This document shows, in pieces, positions 9,192-18,243 of a stretch of DNA of 64,000 bases (position 1 is its first letter; the number at the start of each line of letters is the position of its first letter). The notes under the pieces were generated by a model that saw nothing but the letters and a program-made list of their open reading frames with translations, made no database searches and was not told the DNA's origin. The DNA comes from Candidatus Campbellbacteria bacterium. Lineage in GTDB: Bacteria; Patescibacteriota; Minisyncoccia; Phycocordibacterales; EsbW-18. A program made the translations under genes and the position numbers. The DNA is taken from positions 204,993-268,992 of the forward strand of contig CP064977.1 in NCBI GenBank assembly GCA_016699465.1, written 5' to 3'.

Positions 9192-10982
9192 TTGTGTCTT
9201 TGGTCTTGTAACGATACCATTACGAGTACTATGGAAAAACATACACCCGAGGAGCTCGCGCCCATGCGCCACACCCTTTCGCACCTTATGGCTGCAGCAG
9301 TTTTAGAAGTGCGCCCTGACGCAAAACCAACCCTTGGTCCCGCAATCGATAATGGTTTTTATTACGACTTTGACTTTCCTACCCCGATTGTCGACACTGA
9401 CCTCAAAGAGATTCAGAAGCGAATGAAAAAGATGCTGTCATCGTGGAAAGAATTTACACACGAGGAGGTTTCGAAAGAACAGGCCTGGGAACAATTTGCA
9501 AACAATGAGTACAAGCAGGAGCTTATCAACGAAATCGTAGAGCGCGGTGAAAAAATTACACTCTACACGTGTGGTGGTTTTACCGATTTGTGTCGTGGAG
9601 GACATGTTGAACATCCATCTCAAGATATTGCTGCTGATGGTTTTAAAATTTCTCATCTCGCAGGTGCCTATTGGCGTGGAGACGAAAAGAACAAAATGCT
9701 CACACGTATTTATGGTCTTGCGTTTGCAACTAAAGAGGACCTCGACGCATACGAAACACAAATTGAAGAGGCAAAGAAGCGTGACCATAAAAAACTCGGT
9801 CGCGAGATGGATATTTTTGTCTTTTCAGACCTTGTTGGAAGCGGTCTTCCCCTCTGGACTCCAAAAGGAACAATGCTCCGCAATCTTCTCGATGACTATG
9901 TGTGGGAACTACGCAGCGCACGCGGATACGAACGAGTTGAAATTCCCCACATCACCAAAAAAGATCTCTATGAAAAATCTGGTCACTGGGCAAAGTTTCA
10001 AGATGAACTCTTCAAGATTACCACCCGTGAGGGACACCTCTTTGCGATGAAGCCGATGAATTGTCCGCACCACACGCAAATTTTTGACCGCAAACAGTGG
10101 AGCTACCGTGAGATGCCTCAACGATATGCAAACACAACTGCGTGCTACCGCGATGAACAATCAGGAGAACTCTCTGGCCTTTCGCGTGTTCGAAGTTTTT
10201 CACAAGATGATGCTCACGTATTCTGTCGTATGGAACAAGTGAAAGATGAGTTTCTTAAGGTATGGGATATTGTGCACGAATTCTACGGTACATTTGGTTT
10301 TCAACTTGTTGTTCGCCTCTCAACACACGATCCCGCACACCCAGACAAATACCTCGGTGATGAAGCGCGTTGGGCGGTGGCCGAAGGAATGCTTGCAGAA
10401 ATTATAAAAGAAAAAGGTGTCACCGCGATTGATGGCCTTGGTGAAGCTGCCTTCTATGGTCCTAAATTGGACTTCATGGCACAAGACTCTTTGGGACGCG
10501 AGTGGCAGGTCGCCACAATTCAGTTGGATATGAACATGCCTGAAAGTTTTGACCTTTCATGCATCAATGAAAAAGGTGAAAAAGAACGTGTGGTAATGAT
10601 TCACGCTGCAATCATGGGTTCTATTGAACGCTTTATGAGTATTATGATTGAACACACCGCTGGTTTGTTCCCTGTGTGGCTTTCCCCTACACAAGTCACT
10701 GTGATTCCTGTGTTAGAAAAGCACAACGCAAAGGCACGTGAAATCGCTAATGCACTCAAGACAGAGAAAGTGCGAGTATTGTGTGACGACAGCGACGAAA
10801 TGCTTGGTAAAAAAATCCGCGCGTGGAAAGTTGAAAAAACTCCATATGCAATTGTGCTAGGTGACAAAGAAATAGAGAGCGGTGAACTCACTCTTGAAAA
10901 ACGTTCTGGTGAAAAAGAAACTATTTCTCTCGAAGCTCTTATTGCAAAACTCAAAACAGAAATCTCTACCCGTGCTCTCTAA
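9192..10982 (+). CDS. thrS: Threonyl-tRNA synthetase (short form, no TGS N-terminus); the true start may be M at 9231.
   Basis: Class II aaRS motifs and a ThrRS-like catalytic and anticodon-binding region (HRDLGREMDIF...). Confidence 0.85.
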   Translation: MCLWSCNDTITSTMEKHTPEELAPMRHTLSHLMAAAVLEVRPDAKPTLGPAIDNGFYYDFDFPTPIVDTDLKEIQKRMKKMLSSWKEFTHEEVSKEQAWEQFANNEYKQELINEIVERGEKITLYTCGGFTDLCRGGHVEHPSQDIAADGFKISHLAGAYWRGDEKNKMLTRIYGLAFATKEDLDAYETQIEEAKKRDHKKLGREMDIFVFSDLVGSGLPLWTPKGTMLRNLLDDYVWELRSARGYERVEIPHITKKDLYEKSGHWAKFQDELFKITTREGHLFAMKPMNCPHHTQIFDRKQWSYREMPQRYANTTACYRDEQSGELSGLSRVRSFSQDDAHVFCRMEQVKDEFLKVWDIVHEFYGTFGFQLVVRLSTHDPAHPDKYLGDEARWAVAEGMLAEIIKEKGVTAIDGLGEAAFYGPKLDFMAQDSLGREWQVATIQLDMNMPESFDLSCINEKGEKERVVMIHAAIMGSIERFMSIMIEHTAGLFPVWLSPTQVTVIPVLEKHNAKAREIANALKTEKVRVLCDDSDEMLGKKIRAWKVEKTPYAIVLGDKEIESGELTLEKRSGEKETISLEALIAKLKTEISTRAL

Positions 10983-10998
10983 AATATCGAAATAAAAA

Positions 10999-11032
10999 AA
11001 GGGGGTTGAACCGCATGGTTCAACCCCCTTTT
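10999..11032. terminator. Bidirectional intrinsic terminator.
   Basis: Hairpin gggggttgaaccgcatggttcaaccccc flanked by an A-run upstream and a T-run downstream. Confidence 0.8.
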
Positions 11033-11047
11033 TGTAAAAACATCTGC

Positions 11048-12015
11048 TTACGACACTAACGCCGACCTTGCATCGCGCAAACGCTTGAGCTGTGTCCGTG
11101 CGAGCGCAATCTTCTCTTCCTGCGCCGCAATTGCCGTGTCGATTGCATTTGCAATGCCGGAGAGATCCACAGCAACCGACTCGAGAACCGTGGTGGGTGT
11201 CGGAGGAACTTCCACCGTCTCAGGAGCCGTGGGTGTCTGAGGAACTTCCACCAACATAGGAGAGAGTTTCCGGAGAAACACCTCTCCCTCTGGCGAAATC
11301 CGAAAACGCAGTGGCCGGTTTTCGGAGTTGCGCTCGACTTCGAGATAACCGTTTCGCGCAATAGCTCCGAGGGCTCGCCCGACGGAACGGTTGTCCACCC
11401 TAGGCATCACGTGTTCCTTGACGAGTTCCAGCGCCGAGGTTGAGGAGATCCATTCGCCGATGCCCACCTTCTCTTGGAAGAGAATGAGCACCAGCCCGAA
11501 CTGATTGGGATCCTCACTGAAGCCACGAAGTGACTCGTGCGCAACGGGCGAGAGCCCTTGCATCTCAGCCTGCTCGCGAATGGTGACCGGCTGCGACAAC
11601 ACAACCGGAACAACGGGCGTCACTGGAATGGTCTCCGGAACAGGAATCGTCGCCTGTGGCGACTCGGAAACAACCTCAGGAGCCCAATTGCGCTTCTGCG
11701 CCGCTTCCAACGCCTTGTAGCAAGCAATGATGGAGTAGCCGTTAGGGACGACGAGTCCGCATTCGTGCGCTGAATCGTTGCTCCCCGGTTTCACGTACAC
11801 AGCGATGCTCCCTCGTCGATCGTCATGACCGAGCACCTTGAACTCCGGCCGGTGCGTGGTCCCTTTGACTTTGGGTCCGAGACGAAGCGTCCACGTCTCC
11901 TCACGATCAGAGAGCGGGAATCCTGCAAATTGCAGGTACCGCTCAACGAGACTCTTAGTTCCCTTTGGGACATCCATTCCACGGCGTCCCGTATCAACTA
12001 ACACGAACAGCATGT
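11048..12015 (-). CDS. GC-rich hypothetical protein with a central winged-helix-like segment and a C-terminal coiled coil.
   Basis: ORF with RBS aaggag before the ATG at 12015. About 58% GC against a flanking ~40%. The stretch RALGAIARNGYLEVERN...RFRISPEGEVFL is wHTH-like. Confidence 0.5.
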
Positions 12016-12105
12016 GTAACTCCTTTCTTTCTGTTAAAGAACTAGTTTTTTGAGACAGAAAACAGAACATCTCTGTCTCCAACTGCCAGCAAATTACACC
12101 AGAAT

Positions 12106-12651
12106 TTACATGTTGTCAACACGAGTTATTGGAAACATTTCATCCACAACCCACTTTTTTTCACCTTCTTTACGAAAAAGGGTGATGTTATCAAACGGCA
12201 CAACAAAATATGGTTTAGGAAGCGTATTCACGTACTTCCAAATTTTTTCTATTTTCTCTGGAGATACGTCATTGTCAGCAAGTGTTGCGTGGGGAACAAA
12301 ATTCGGAAAATCTTCTTTTGGTAGTACTGCCATAATTTTTTGACGTATGTCTGCGATAGCGTCTTCGGTACTCTTTTCCATATCAACAGCAGCAAATACC
12401 ACCCTATCTGCGAAGCGATCAAACCCAGAAAGCGTTAACGTTCCTGAAACAGAATATTTTTGTATCCACGCTCGCAATAAATCTTTTATTGGAGAAACGT
12501 CATCCATGTTAAAGGGCCGATACAATGTAATGTGAGAAGGAATGTACTCATGTATTTTCCACGTATCAAATTTTTCGGAAATATCCTTCGCAAGTGCTGT
12601 GTGCCATTTCCCCGCTTCTTCTTGAATTGCAAAACCAATAAAATACCTCAT
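12106..12651 (-). CDS. 2H phosphoesterase (LigT/ThpR-like cyclic phosphodiesterase).
   Basis: Two H-x-T-x motifs (HITL and HATL), about 180 aa. Overlaps the upstream gene by 4 nt. Confidence 0.7.
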   Translation of the reverse strand: MRYFIGFAIQEEAGKWHTALAKDISEKFDTWKIHEYIPSHITLYRPFNMDDVSPIKDLLRAWIQKYSVSGTLTLSGFDRFADRVVFAAVDMEKSTEDAIADIRQKIMAVLPKEDFPNFVPHATLADNDVSPEKIEKIWKYVNTLPKPYFVVPFDNITLFRKEGEKKWVVDEMFPITRVDNM

Positions 12652-13118
12652 ATTCCTGTACTAAACAAATCCTCTGGTAAATAGATAATTTCAATACCTA
12701 GACGTTGCGCTTGATCATGCTCCCAATTCGCACCACGAGATGTTTTCCAGTCAGGGAGAAAGTATAAGGTATCTACAAGTTTATTTTCAAAAATAGGCGA
12801 ATAAAATTCTTCAAGTAATCGCATGGAATATGAAACATTCGGTTCTAGTTCTTTCTTTATTCGCTGCATCGGAACTTCAAACGGCATTTGATTAAACACC
12901 TCAACGTCATTTTGTAAAATATGTTCGAGTGCAACATCAAATCTTTTTAGGTTTGCTTCTACAGAACCAGCGCCACCTGTTGAAATAGGGCCACACATTT
13001 GTCCTCGCGGTCTTGGCATACGATCGAGTATGCGTTTGGCAATTGTAAAAAGTTCACCATACGATTGTGCAGTTTCCAGCGCATCTTTGTCCTCTTGTGT
13101 CCAGTATTCTTTCGACAT
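12648..13118 (-). CDS. DUF4406-like protein (nucleoside 2-deoxyribosyltransferase-like fold).
   Basis: C-terminal motif DWKTSRGANWEHDQAQRLGIEIIYL matches the W-x-x-S-R-G-A-x-x-E-H...II-Y signature recalled for DUF4406. Confidence 0.55.
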   Translation of the reverse strand: MSKEYWTQEDKDALETAQSYGELFTIAKRILDRMPRPRGQMCGPISTGGAGSVEANLKRFDVALEHILQNDVEVFNQMPFEVPMQRIKKELEPNVSYSMRLLEEFYSPIFENKLVDTLYFLPDWKTSRGANWEHDQAQRLGIEIIYLPEDLFSTGI

Positions 13119-13182
13119 AAGAACGATTGTATCACCTCATAAAACAACTCCAAAAAATTGGAACATTCCTTACTGTACTCTT

Positions 13183-13215
13183 GACAATAAGTAACCAAGG
13201 TATATTCTTCAGAGT
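13183..13215 (+). promoter_or_regulatory. Sigma70-like promoter for pnuC-nadR-nrtR.
   Basis: TTGACA, 17-nt spacer, TATATT. Confidence 0.5.
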
Positions 13216-13243
13216 ATATTAGTTTGATTAATCCCTAAATCTT

Positions 13244-13909
13244 ATGGACGGATTCTTTAGTGTCAATAATATAGTTTTTACAGTTATCGGATATCCAATG
13301 AGCTATATTGAGTTCTTTGGTACCCTCCTCAATATATGGTGCGTATATCTTGTAGCAAAAAATAAAACACTCAACTGGCCTGTTGGTATTGTGGCAACTA
13401 TCCTTTTTGGATTTCTTTTCTTTCAAATTAATTTATATGCTGATTTTCTTGAACAAATCTATTTCCTCCTCACAGGTTTCTGGGGTTGGTGGGCGTGGAG
13501 TACGGGTAAAAAGAGCGCAAAAGAAGAGAAGCCCGTTCTCGCTCTTTCTTTCACATCTCGTCTGGGGTGGATACTTATCACGTTTGTCGGAACACTCATT
13601 TTAGGATATGTGGATGCCCATCTCAATGTATACTTTCCAAAAGTTTTTACAGAAGCAGCATCATTCCCTTACCTCGACTCGTTTACAACAATCATGAGTT
13701 TTGTAGCAACAATTTTACTTATACACAAAGAATTCGAGGCTTGGTATCTTTGGATTCTTGTGGATATTATTGGTATCTGGCTCTACTGGATAAAAGATGT
13801 TCACTTTGTATCTATTCTATATGTTATCTTCTTTATTCTTGCTGTAAACGGACTCACTACCTGGCGTAAACTTTACAAAAAACAACAATCGCTACAAAAA
13901 ACCATATGA
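13244..13909 (+). CDS. pnuC: Nicotinamide riboside transporter PnuC.
   Basis: Multi-TM protein with the PnuC-like N-terminus NIWCVYLVAKNKTLNWPVGIV and a W-rich loop. Confidence 0.75.
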   Translation: MDGFFSVNNIVFTVIGYPMSYIEFFGTLLNIWCVYLVAKNKTLNWPVGIVATILFGFLFFQINLYADFLEQIYFLLTGFWGWWAWSTGKKSAKEEKPVLALSFTSRLGWILITFVGTLILGYVDAHLNVYFPKVFTEAASFPYLDSFTTIMSFVATILLIHKEFEAWYLWILVDIIGIWLYWIKDVHFVSILYVIFFILAVNGLTTWRKLYKKQQSLQKTI

Positions 13910-14865
13910 TAAAAGGATTCATTATCGGAAAATTCTATCCGTTTCACCTTGGTCATATGTATTTGATTGATGTAGCGAGAGCAAATTGTGACCATTTGAT
14001 TGTTTGGGTCTGTGAAAAAGCAGAACAAACAGTGCTTGGCCATGTTCGTGCCAACTGGATCAAAGAATTATATCCCGATGTTGAGGTACGACTCATACCT
14101 GACACACTTGCAGATGATGATACACAAGGGTGGGCAACATATACACTTCGTGTGCTTGGCGAAGCACCGGATATTGTTTTCACTTCAGAAGACTATGGTG
14201 AGCCGTACGCAAAACTCATGGGCTCACGGCATATAATTGTTGATAAACACCGGGTACACATTCCTATCTCTGGAACGAAAGTTCGTAATGATGCCATCGC
14301 AAATTGGGCCTACCTAGCACCTCCTGTACGAGCCCACTATGCAAAACGTGTCGTTGTGCTAGGTGCGGAATCAACAGGAACCACAACACTTTCAAAAGCA
14401 CTTGCGGAACATTTTCAAACCACATGGGTACCTGAATATGGTCGGGAATACTGTTTACATCGTATAGAAGATCCTGATAAAAAATGGAGTACGGATGAAT
14501 TTATTCATATCGCCTCAGAGCACTCGCGTCGTGAAGATGAGCTGGCCAGAAACGCATATGGAGTTTTGATTAGCGATACTGATGCGTTTGCTACATCAAT
14601 ATGGCACAAACGTTATATGGGATTTTATTCGCCGGAAGTGCAAAAAATTGCTAATAAAAGGAGGGTGGATTTATACATACTTACCGGAGACGAAATTCCT
14701 TTTGTGCAAGATGGCACTCGAGATGGTGAAAACATTCGTCACGAAATGCACATTTGGTTCATTGAAGAAATGAAACGGACAGGAAGAACATACGTCTTAG
14801 TACAAGGTACCCCCGAAGAAAGACTACAGCAGTCTATCAGTGCTATAGAAAAGATTTTAGTTTAA
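13906..14865 (+). CDS. nadR: NadR-like bifunctional NMN adenylyltransferase / ribosylnicotinamide kinase (no HTH domain).
   Basis: N-terminal GKFYPFHLGH (H-x-G-H nucleotidyltransferase motif) and a C-terminal P-loop-like GAESTGTTT...EYGREY resembling the NadR RNK domain. Overlaps pnuC by 4 nt. Confidence 0.75.
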   Translation: MIKGFIIGKFYPFHLGHMYLIDVARANCDHLIVWVCEKAEQTVLGHVRANWIKELYPDVEVRLIPDTLADDDTQGWATYTLRVLGEAPDIVFTSEDYGEPYAKLMGSRHIIVDKHRVHIPISGTKVRNDAIANWAYLAPPVRAHYAKRVVVLGAESTGTTTLSKALAEHFQTTWVPEYGREYCLHRIEDPDKKWSTDEFIHIASEHSRREDELARNAYGVLISDTDAFATSIWHKRYMGFYSPEVQKIANKRRVDLYILTGDEIPFVQDGTRDGENIRHEMHIWFIEEMKRTGRTYVLVQGTPEERLQQSISAIEKILV

Positions 14866-14878
14866 CTATACAAAGTAT

Positions 14879-15562
14879 ATGACACCCAACTCACCACACG
14901 TTAAGTTTGCGATACTTGCATCTGACACAGCTATCTTTACCGTTCGAGATGGAGAACTACTTGTACGTCTCGTAAATGTTGATCGCCCTCCCCACTTTAA
15001 AAATATTCCCGGACTTCCTGGTGGTCTACTCACCCCAAAAGAAACAGCTGACGAAGCAGCACTTCGTCATATAGAGGAGAAGGCACACATCAAAGCAAGT
15101 AAACTATATATTGAACAACTATACACTTTTAGTGCTGTACACCGCGATCCACGAGGACGTGTCGTTGCTGTCGCACATACCGCACTGATCCCTTGGGAAA
15201 ATCTCTCAGCAACAGAGCAAATGGATACCAATGGCGCACAGTGGGTATCTGTCTCGAGTGCACACAAACTTGCATATGACCACGATGAAGTTCTCACTGT
15301 TGCTGTAAATCGTCTACGATCACGTTCCACGTACACAACCATCGTCAGTAAACTCATGCCAGCAGAATTCACACTTTCAGAATTAGAAAAAACATACGAA
15401 AGTATTCTTAAAACCCAATTTGATAAACGAAACTTTCGTAAAAAAATTCTGAAACTGAAAATCCTCAAAGAACTTCCACACAAACGAACCGGTGTTGCGT
15501 TTCGTCCTGCAGCACTCTACACATTCGCGTCTCCTAAAGTTAAAGAGATCGAAATTCTCTAA
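14879..15562 (+). CDS. nrtR: NrtR-like regulator (Nudix-like N-domain plus C-terminal wHTH).
   Basis: Degenerate Nudix box (GGLLTPKETADEAALRHIEEKAHI) and a C-terminal basic helical domain typical of NrtR. Sits in a NAD-salvage context. Confidence 0.6.
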   Translation: MTPNSPHVKFAILASDTAIFTVRDGELLVRLVNVDRPPHFKNIPGLPGGLLTPKETADEAALRHIEEKAHIKASKLYIEQLYTFSAVHRDPRGRVVAVAHTALIPWENLSATEQMDTNGAQWVSVSSAHKLAYDHDEVLTVAVNRLRSRSTYTTIVSKLMPAEFTLSELEKTYESILKTQFDKRNFRKKILKLKILKELPHKRTGVAFRPAALYTFASPKVKEIEIL

Positions 15563-15572
15563 ACGTGTCTTT

Positions 15573-15598
15573 AAAAAGCCCCTACCAAAGGGCTTTTT
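15573..15598 (+). terminator. Intrinsic terminator after nrtR.
   Basis: Hairpin aaaaagcccctaccaaagggcttttt. Confidence 0.8.
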
Positions 15599-15629
15599 AG
15601 TTATCCCCCATATTGATTTGCTAAGGTGC

Positions 15630-15720
15630 TTGACAGCCAGATACTTATTGTATAACATACACTTAGTACAGAGTTTTGAGGGCATATATTTTTTACCTTT
15701 ACTTAGTGTAATGTATACAA
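15630..15720 (+). promoter_or_regulatory. Promoter-like element for nadM with two inverted copies of a ~19-nt motif; candidate operator.
   Basis: TTGACA (15630-15635), 15-nt spacer, TATAAC. The motif gtataacatacacttagta lies at about 15650-15668, and a near-identical inverted copy (gtatacattacactaagta as its reverse complement) lies at about 15700-15718. Confidence 0.4.
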
Positions 15721-15770
15721 TATCTACCCTCTCAATTCGTAGCGTTCTTTGACAAGGAGAATACACAGAC

Positions 15771-16676
15771 ATGAGAAACACAACTGTTGGCGTCGTCGTC
15801 GCCAGGTTCCAGGTAGCGAAACTCCACAAGGGGCACACTTACCTCATCGACTACGTGAACTCGCGCTGCGACAACCTACTCATCATCCTCGGTACAGCTC
15901 GATCCTTCCCCACCAAGAAGAACCCCCTGTCCTTCGAGATGCGCCGGCTGATGATCGCGAACCGGTATCCAAACGCGATCATTGTCCCGCTTCGCGATAC
16001 CAAACTCGACTCCCGTTGGAGTACCGAGCTGGACCTCGCCATCTCCTCTGCCCTTCCCGGTGGTGTTGATGGCCACACCGTCACACTGTACGGTTCCCGT
16101 GATTCCTTCATCGACTTCTACACCGGTGTGCATGCAACACACCTTGTCCCTCCTCTAGGAACGAGCAACGGTACGAAGAACCGTGAGCGTCTCGCGAACA
16201 TCACCGACTCGGTGAAGTTTCGTGAAGGTGTCATCCACACGCAGATGAGCAGGCCGCCGGCCGTGTACCCCACGGTTGACATCGCCATCATCAAACGTGA
16301 GACCAATGAGGTCCTTCTCGGCGGTAAGAATGTGGACGGTGGCAAGCTTCGCTTCGTCGGCGGATTCGTTGACCCGAAGGATACCTCGTATGCAGTCGCT
16401 GCTAAGCGAGAAGTGTACGAAGAAACCACGGGCATCGAAATCGCCGATCTCAAGGAAGTTGGTTCCGCAAGAATCGACGACTGGAGGTATCGGGGCACCG
16501 GAGACAGCGTCATCACGACCTTCTTCACCGCTACGTACATCTTCGGTGCGCTTTGCGCCAGCGACGACCTCGATCGTCTTGTGTGGGTCCCTATCCCTCA
16601 CGTGATAGAGTATCTCGTTCCGGAGCACGAGCCTCTCGGGCTCATGCTTCTCAAGCACTTCAACCAGACCCTGTGA
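15771..16676 (+). CDS. nadM: Bifunctional NMN adenylyltransferase (NadM-type) / Nudix hydrolase.
   Basis: N-terminus GVVVARFQVAKLHKGH is a NadM-type nucleotidyltransferase signature. C-terminal Nudix box ...AAKREVYEETTG. About 60% GC. Confidence 0.75.
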   Translation: MRNTTVGVVVARFQVAKLHKGHTYLIDYVNSRCDNLLIILGTARSFPTKKNPLSFEMRRLMIANRYPNAIIVPLRDTKLDSRWSTELDLAISSALPGGVDGHTVTLYGSRDSFIDFYTGVHATHLVPPLGTSNGTKNRERLANITDSVKFREGVIHTQMSRPPAVYPTVDIAIIKRETNEVLLGGKNVDGGKLRFVGGFVDPKDTSYAVAAKREVYEETTGIEIADLKEVGSARIDDWRYRGTGDSVITTFFTATYIFGALCASDDLDRLVWVPIPHVIEYLVPEHEPLGLMLLKHFNQTL

Positions 16677-16692
16677 CAACAAGGAGAACGCC

Positions 16693-18096
16693 ATGAACGC
16701 ACACATCGAGCTCGGCAACACCGTCACTCGCACCGACAGCTACAAGGTCTCGCACCACCTGCAGTACCCTCCGAAGACCGAGATCCTCTTCTCCTTCTTC
16801 GAGAGCCGCGGGGGCGAGTTCCCCGGCGTGACCTTCTTCGGTCTCCAGTACATCCTCAAGCGGTATCTCGAGGGTGTCGTGGTCACCGAGCAAACGATCG
16901 CCAAGGCCCGTCGGCGCTTCGCCGCGCACTTCGGCTCCGACACGCTCTTCAACGAGAAGGGCTGGCGTAGGATCATCGATGTCCACGGCGGCAAGCTCCC
17001 CATCCGCATCAAGGCCGTTCCCGAAGGAACCACGGTTCCCACGAGCAACGTCCTGATGACCATCGAGAACACGGACCCCGAGCTGCCCTGGCTCACGAAC
17101 TACATCGAGACCATCCTCACCCAGGTGTGGTACCCCTCGACCGTCGCGACCCAGAGCCGTGCGATGCGCAAGCTCGTCCTCTCGTTCCTCGAGAAGACCG
17201 GTGACCCCTCACTCGTCGACTTCAAGGTCCACGACTTCGGGTACCGCGGTTCGACGTCCAACGAGTCCGCTGGCATCGGCGGCGCTGCCCATCTCGTCTC
17301 CTTCAAGGGGACGGACACGATGGTAGCGCTCGACGTCATCGAGGACTTCTACGGCGAGGAGTGCGCGGGGTTTTCCATCCCCGCTGCGGAGCACTCCACG
17401 ATCACGTCGTGGGGCAAGGAGCACGAGGTCGACGCCTACCGCAACATGCTGACCTCGTTCCCTTCCGGTCTCGTCGCCGTCGTCTCCGACAGCTACGACA
17501 TCTACAACGCCTGCAGCCAGCTGTGGGGCAAGGAGCTCAAGGAAGCGGTCATCAATCGTGACGGTGTCCTCGTCGTTCGCCCCGACAGCGGCTATCCGCC
17601 CGACGTCGTGGTGAAGGTGCTCGACATCCTCGGCAACGCCTTCGGCTACAGCATCAACAGCAAGGGCTACAAGGTGCTCAATCCGAAGGTACGCGTCATC
17701 CAGGGCGACGGCATCGACTTCTCGATGCTGCGCCGGGTGCTCGAGGCGATGGAGCAGCACGGATGGTCGGCCGACAACGTCGCATTCGGTTCCGGTGGCG
17801 GCCTGCTGCAGAAGGTGAATCGCGACACCCTGCGCTTCGCCTTCAAGGCTTGCGCTGTCCGTATCGACGGCCTCTGGCACGACGACATCATGAAGGATCC
17901 CGTGACCGATCACTCCAAGCGTTCGAAGGCTGGACGTCTCGTCCTCGTCAAGGACGACAAGACGTACAAGACGATGCGCGAGGAAGAGGCGATGCGGTCG
18001 GGGCTCCCCAACGAGCTCGTCACGGTCTTCGAGAACGGTGAGCTCCTCAAGGAGTACACCTTCGCCGAGATTCGTGAACGTGCCCTCATCGGCTGA
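16693..18096 (+). CDS. nadV: Nicotinamide phosphoribosyltransferase (NAMPT/NadV).
   Basis: N-terminal TDSYKVSHHLQYP is a NAMPT hallmark; 467 aa; about 62% GC. RBS aaggaga lies 7 nt upstream of the ATG. Confidence 0.85.
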   Translation: MNAHIELGNTVTRTDSYKVSHHLQYPPKTEILFSFFESRGGEFPGVTFFGLQYILKRYLEGVVVTEQTIAKARRRFAAHFGSDTLFNEKGWRRIIDVHGGKLPIRIKAVPEGTTVPTSNVLMTIENTDPELPWLTNYIETILTQVWYPSTVATQSRAMRKLVLSFLEKTGDPSLVDFKVHDFGYRGSTSNESAGIGGAAHLVSFKGTDTMVALDVIEDFYGEECAGFSIPAAEHSTITSWGKEHEVDAYRNMLTSFPSGLVAVVSDSYDIYNACSQLWGKELKEAVINRDGVLVVRPDSGYPPDVVVKVLDILGNAFGYSINSKGYKVLNPKVRVIQGDGIDFSMLRRVLEAMEQHGWSADNVAFGSGGGLLQKVNRDTLRFAFKACAVRIDGLWHDDIMKDPVTDHSKRSKAGRLVLVKDDKTYKTMREEEAMRSGLPNELVTVFENGELLKEYTFAEIRERALIG

Positions 18097-18141
18097 CGTC
18101 GTCTCGATCCTCTCATCTGTTTTTCTTCTTTCGTTCTTTTT

Positions 18142-18172
18142 ACCGCCATCACGTCGATGGCGGTTTCTTTTT
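18142..18172 (+). terminator. Intrinsic terminator after nadV.
   Basis: Hairpin accgccatcacgtcgatggcggt followed by ttcttttt. Confidence 0.75.
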
Positions 18173-18243
18173 ATATATAAAATCTATAACGAGGAAGGCC
18201 GCTGTCTTACAACAGCGGCCTAACCAAGAACAACTCCTTAGGG

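Noticed and set aside
15749-18152. Antisense and overlapping ORFs within the nadM-nadV region (for example 16155..16733, 17209..17913, 16660..16986).
   Set aside because: High GC content suppresses stop codons in all frames. The sense-strand proteins have clear NadM-Nudix and NAMPT signatures, and the overlapping frames show no domain features.
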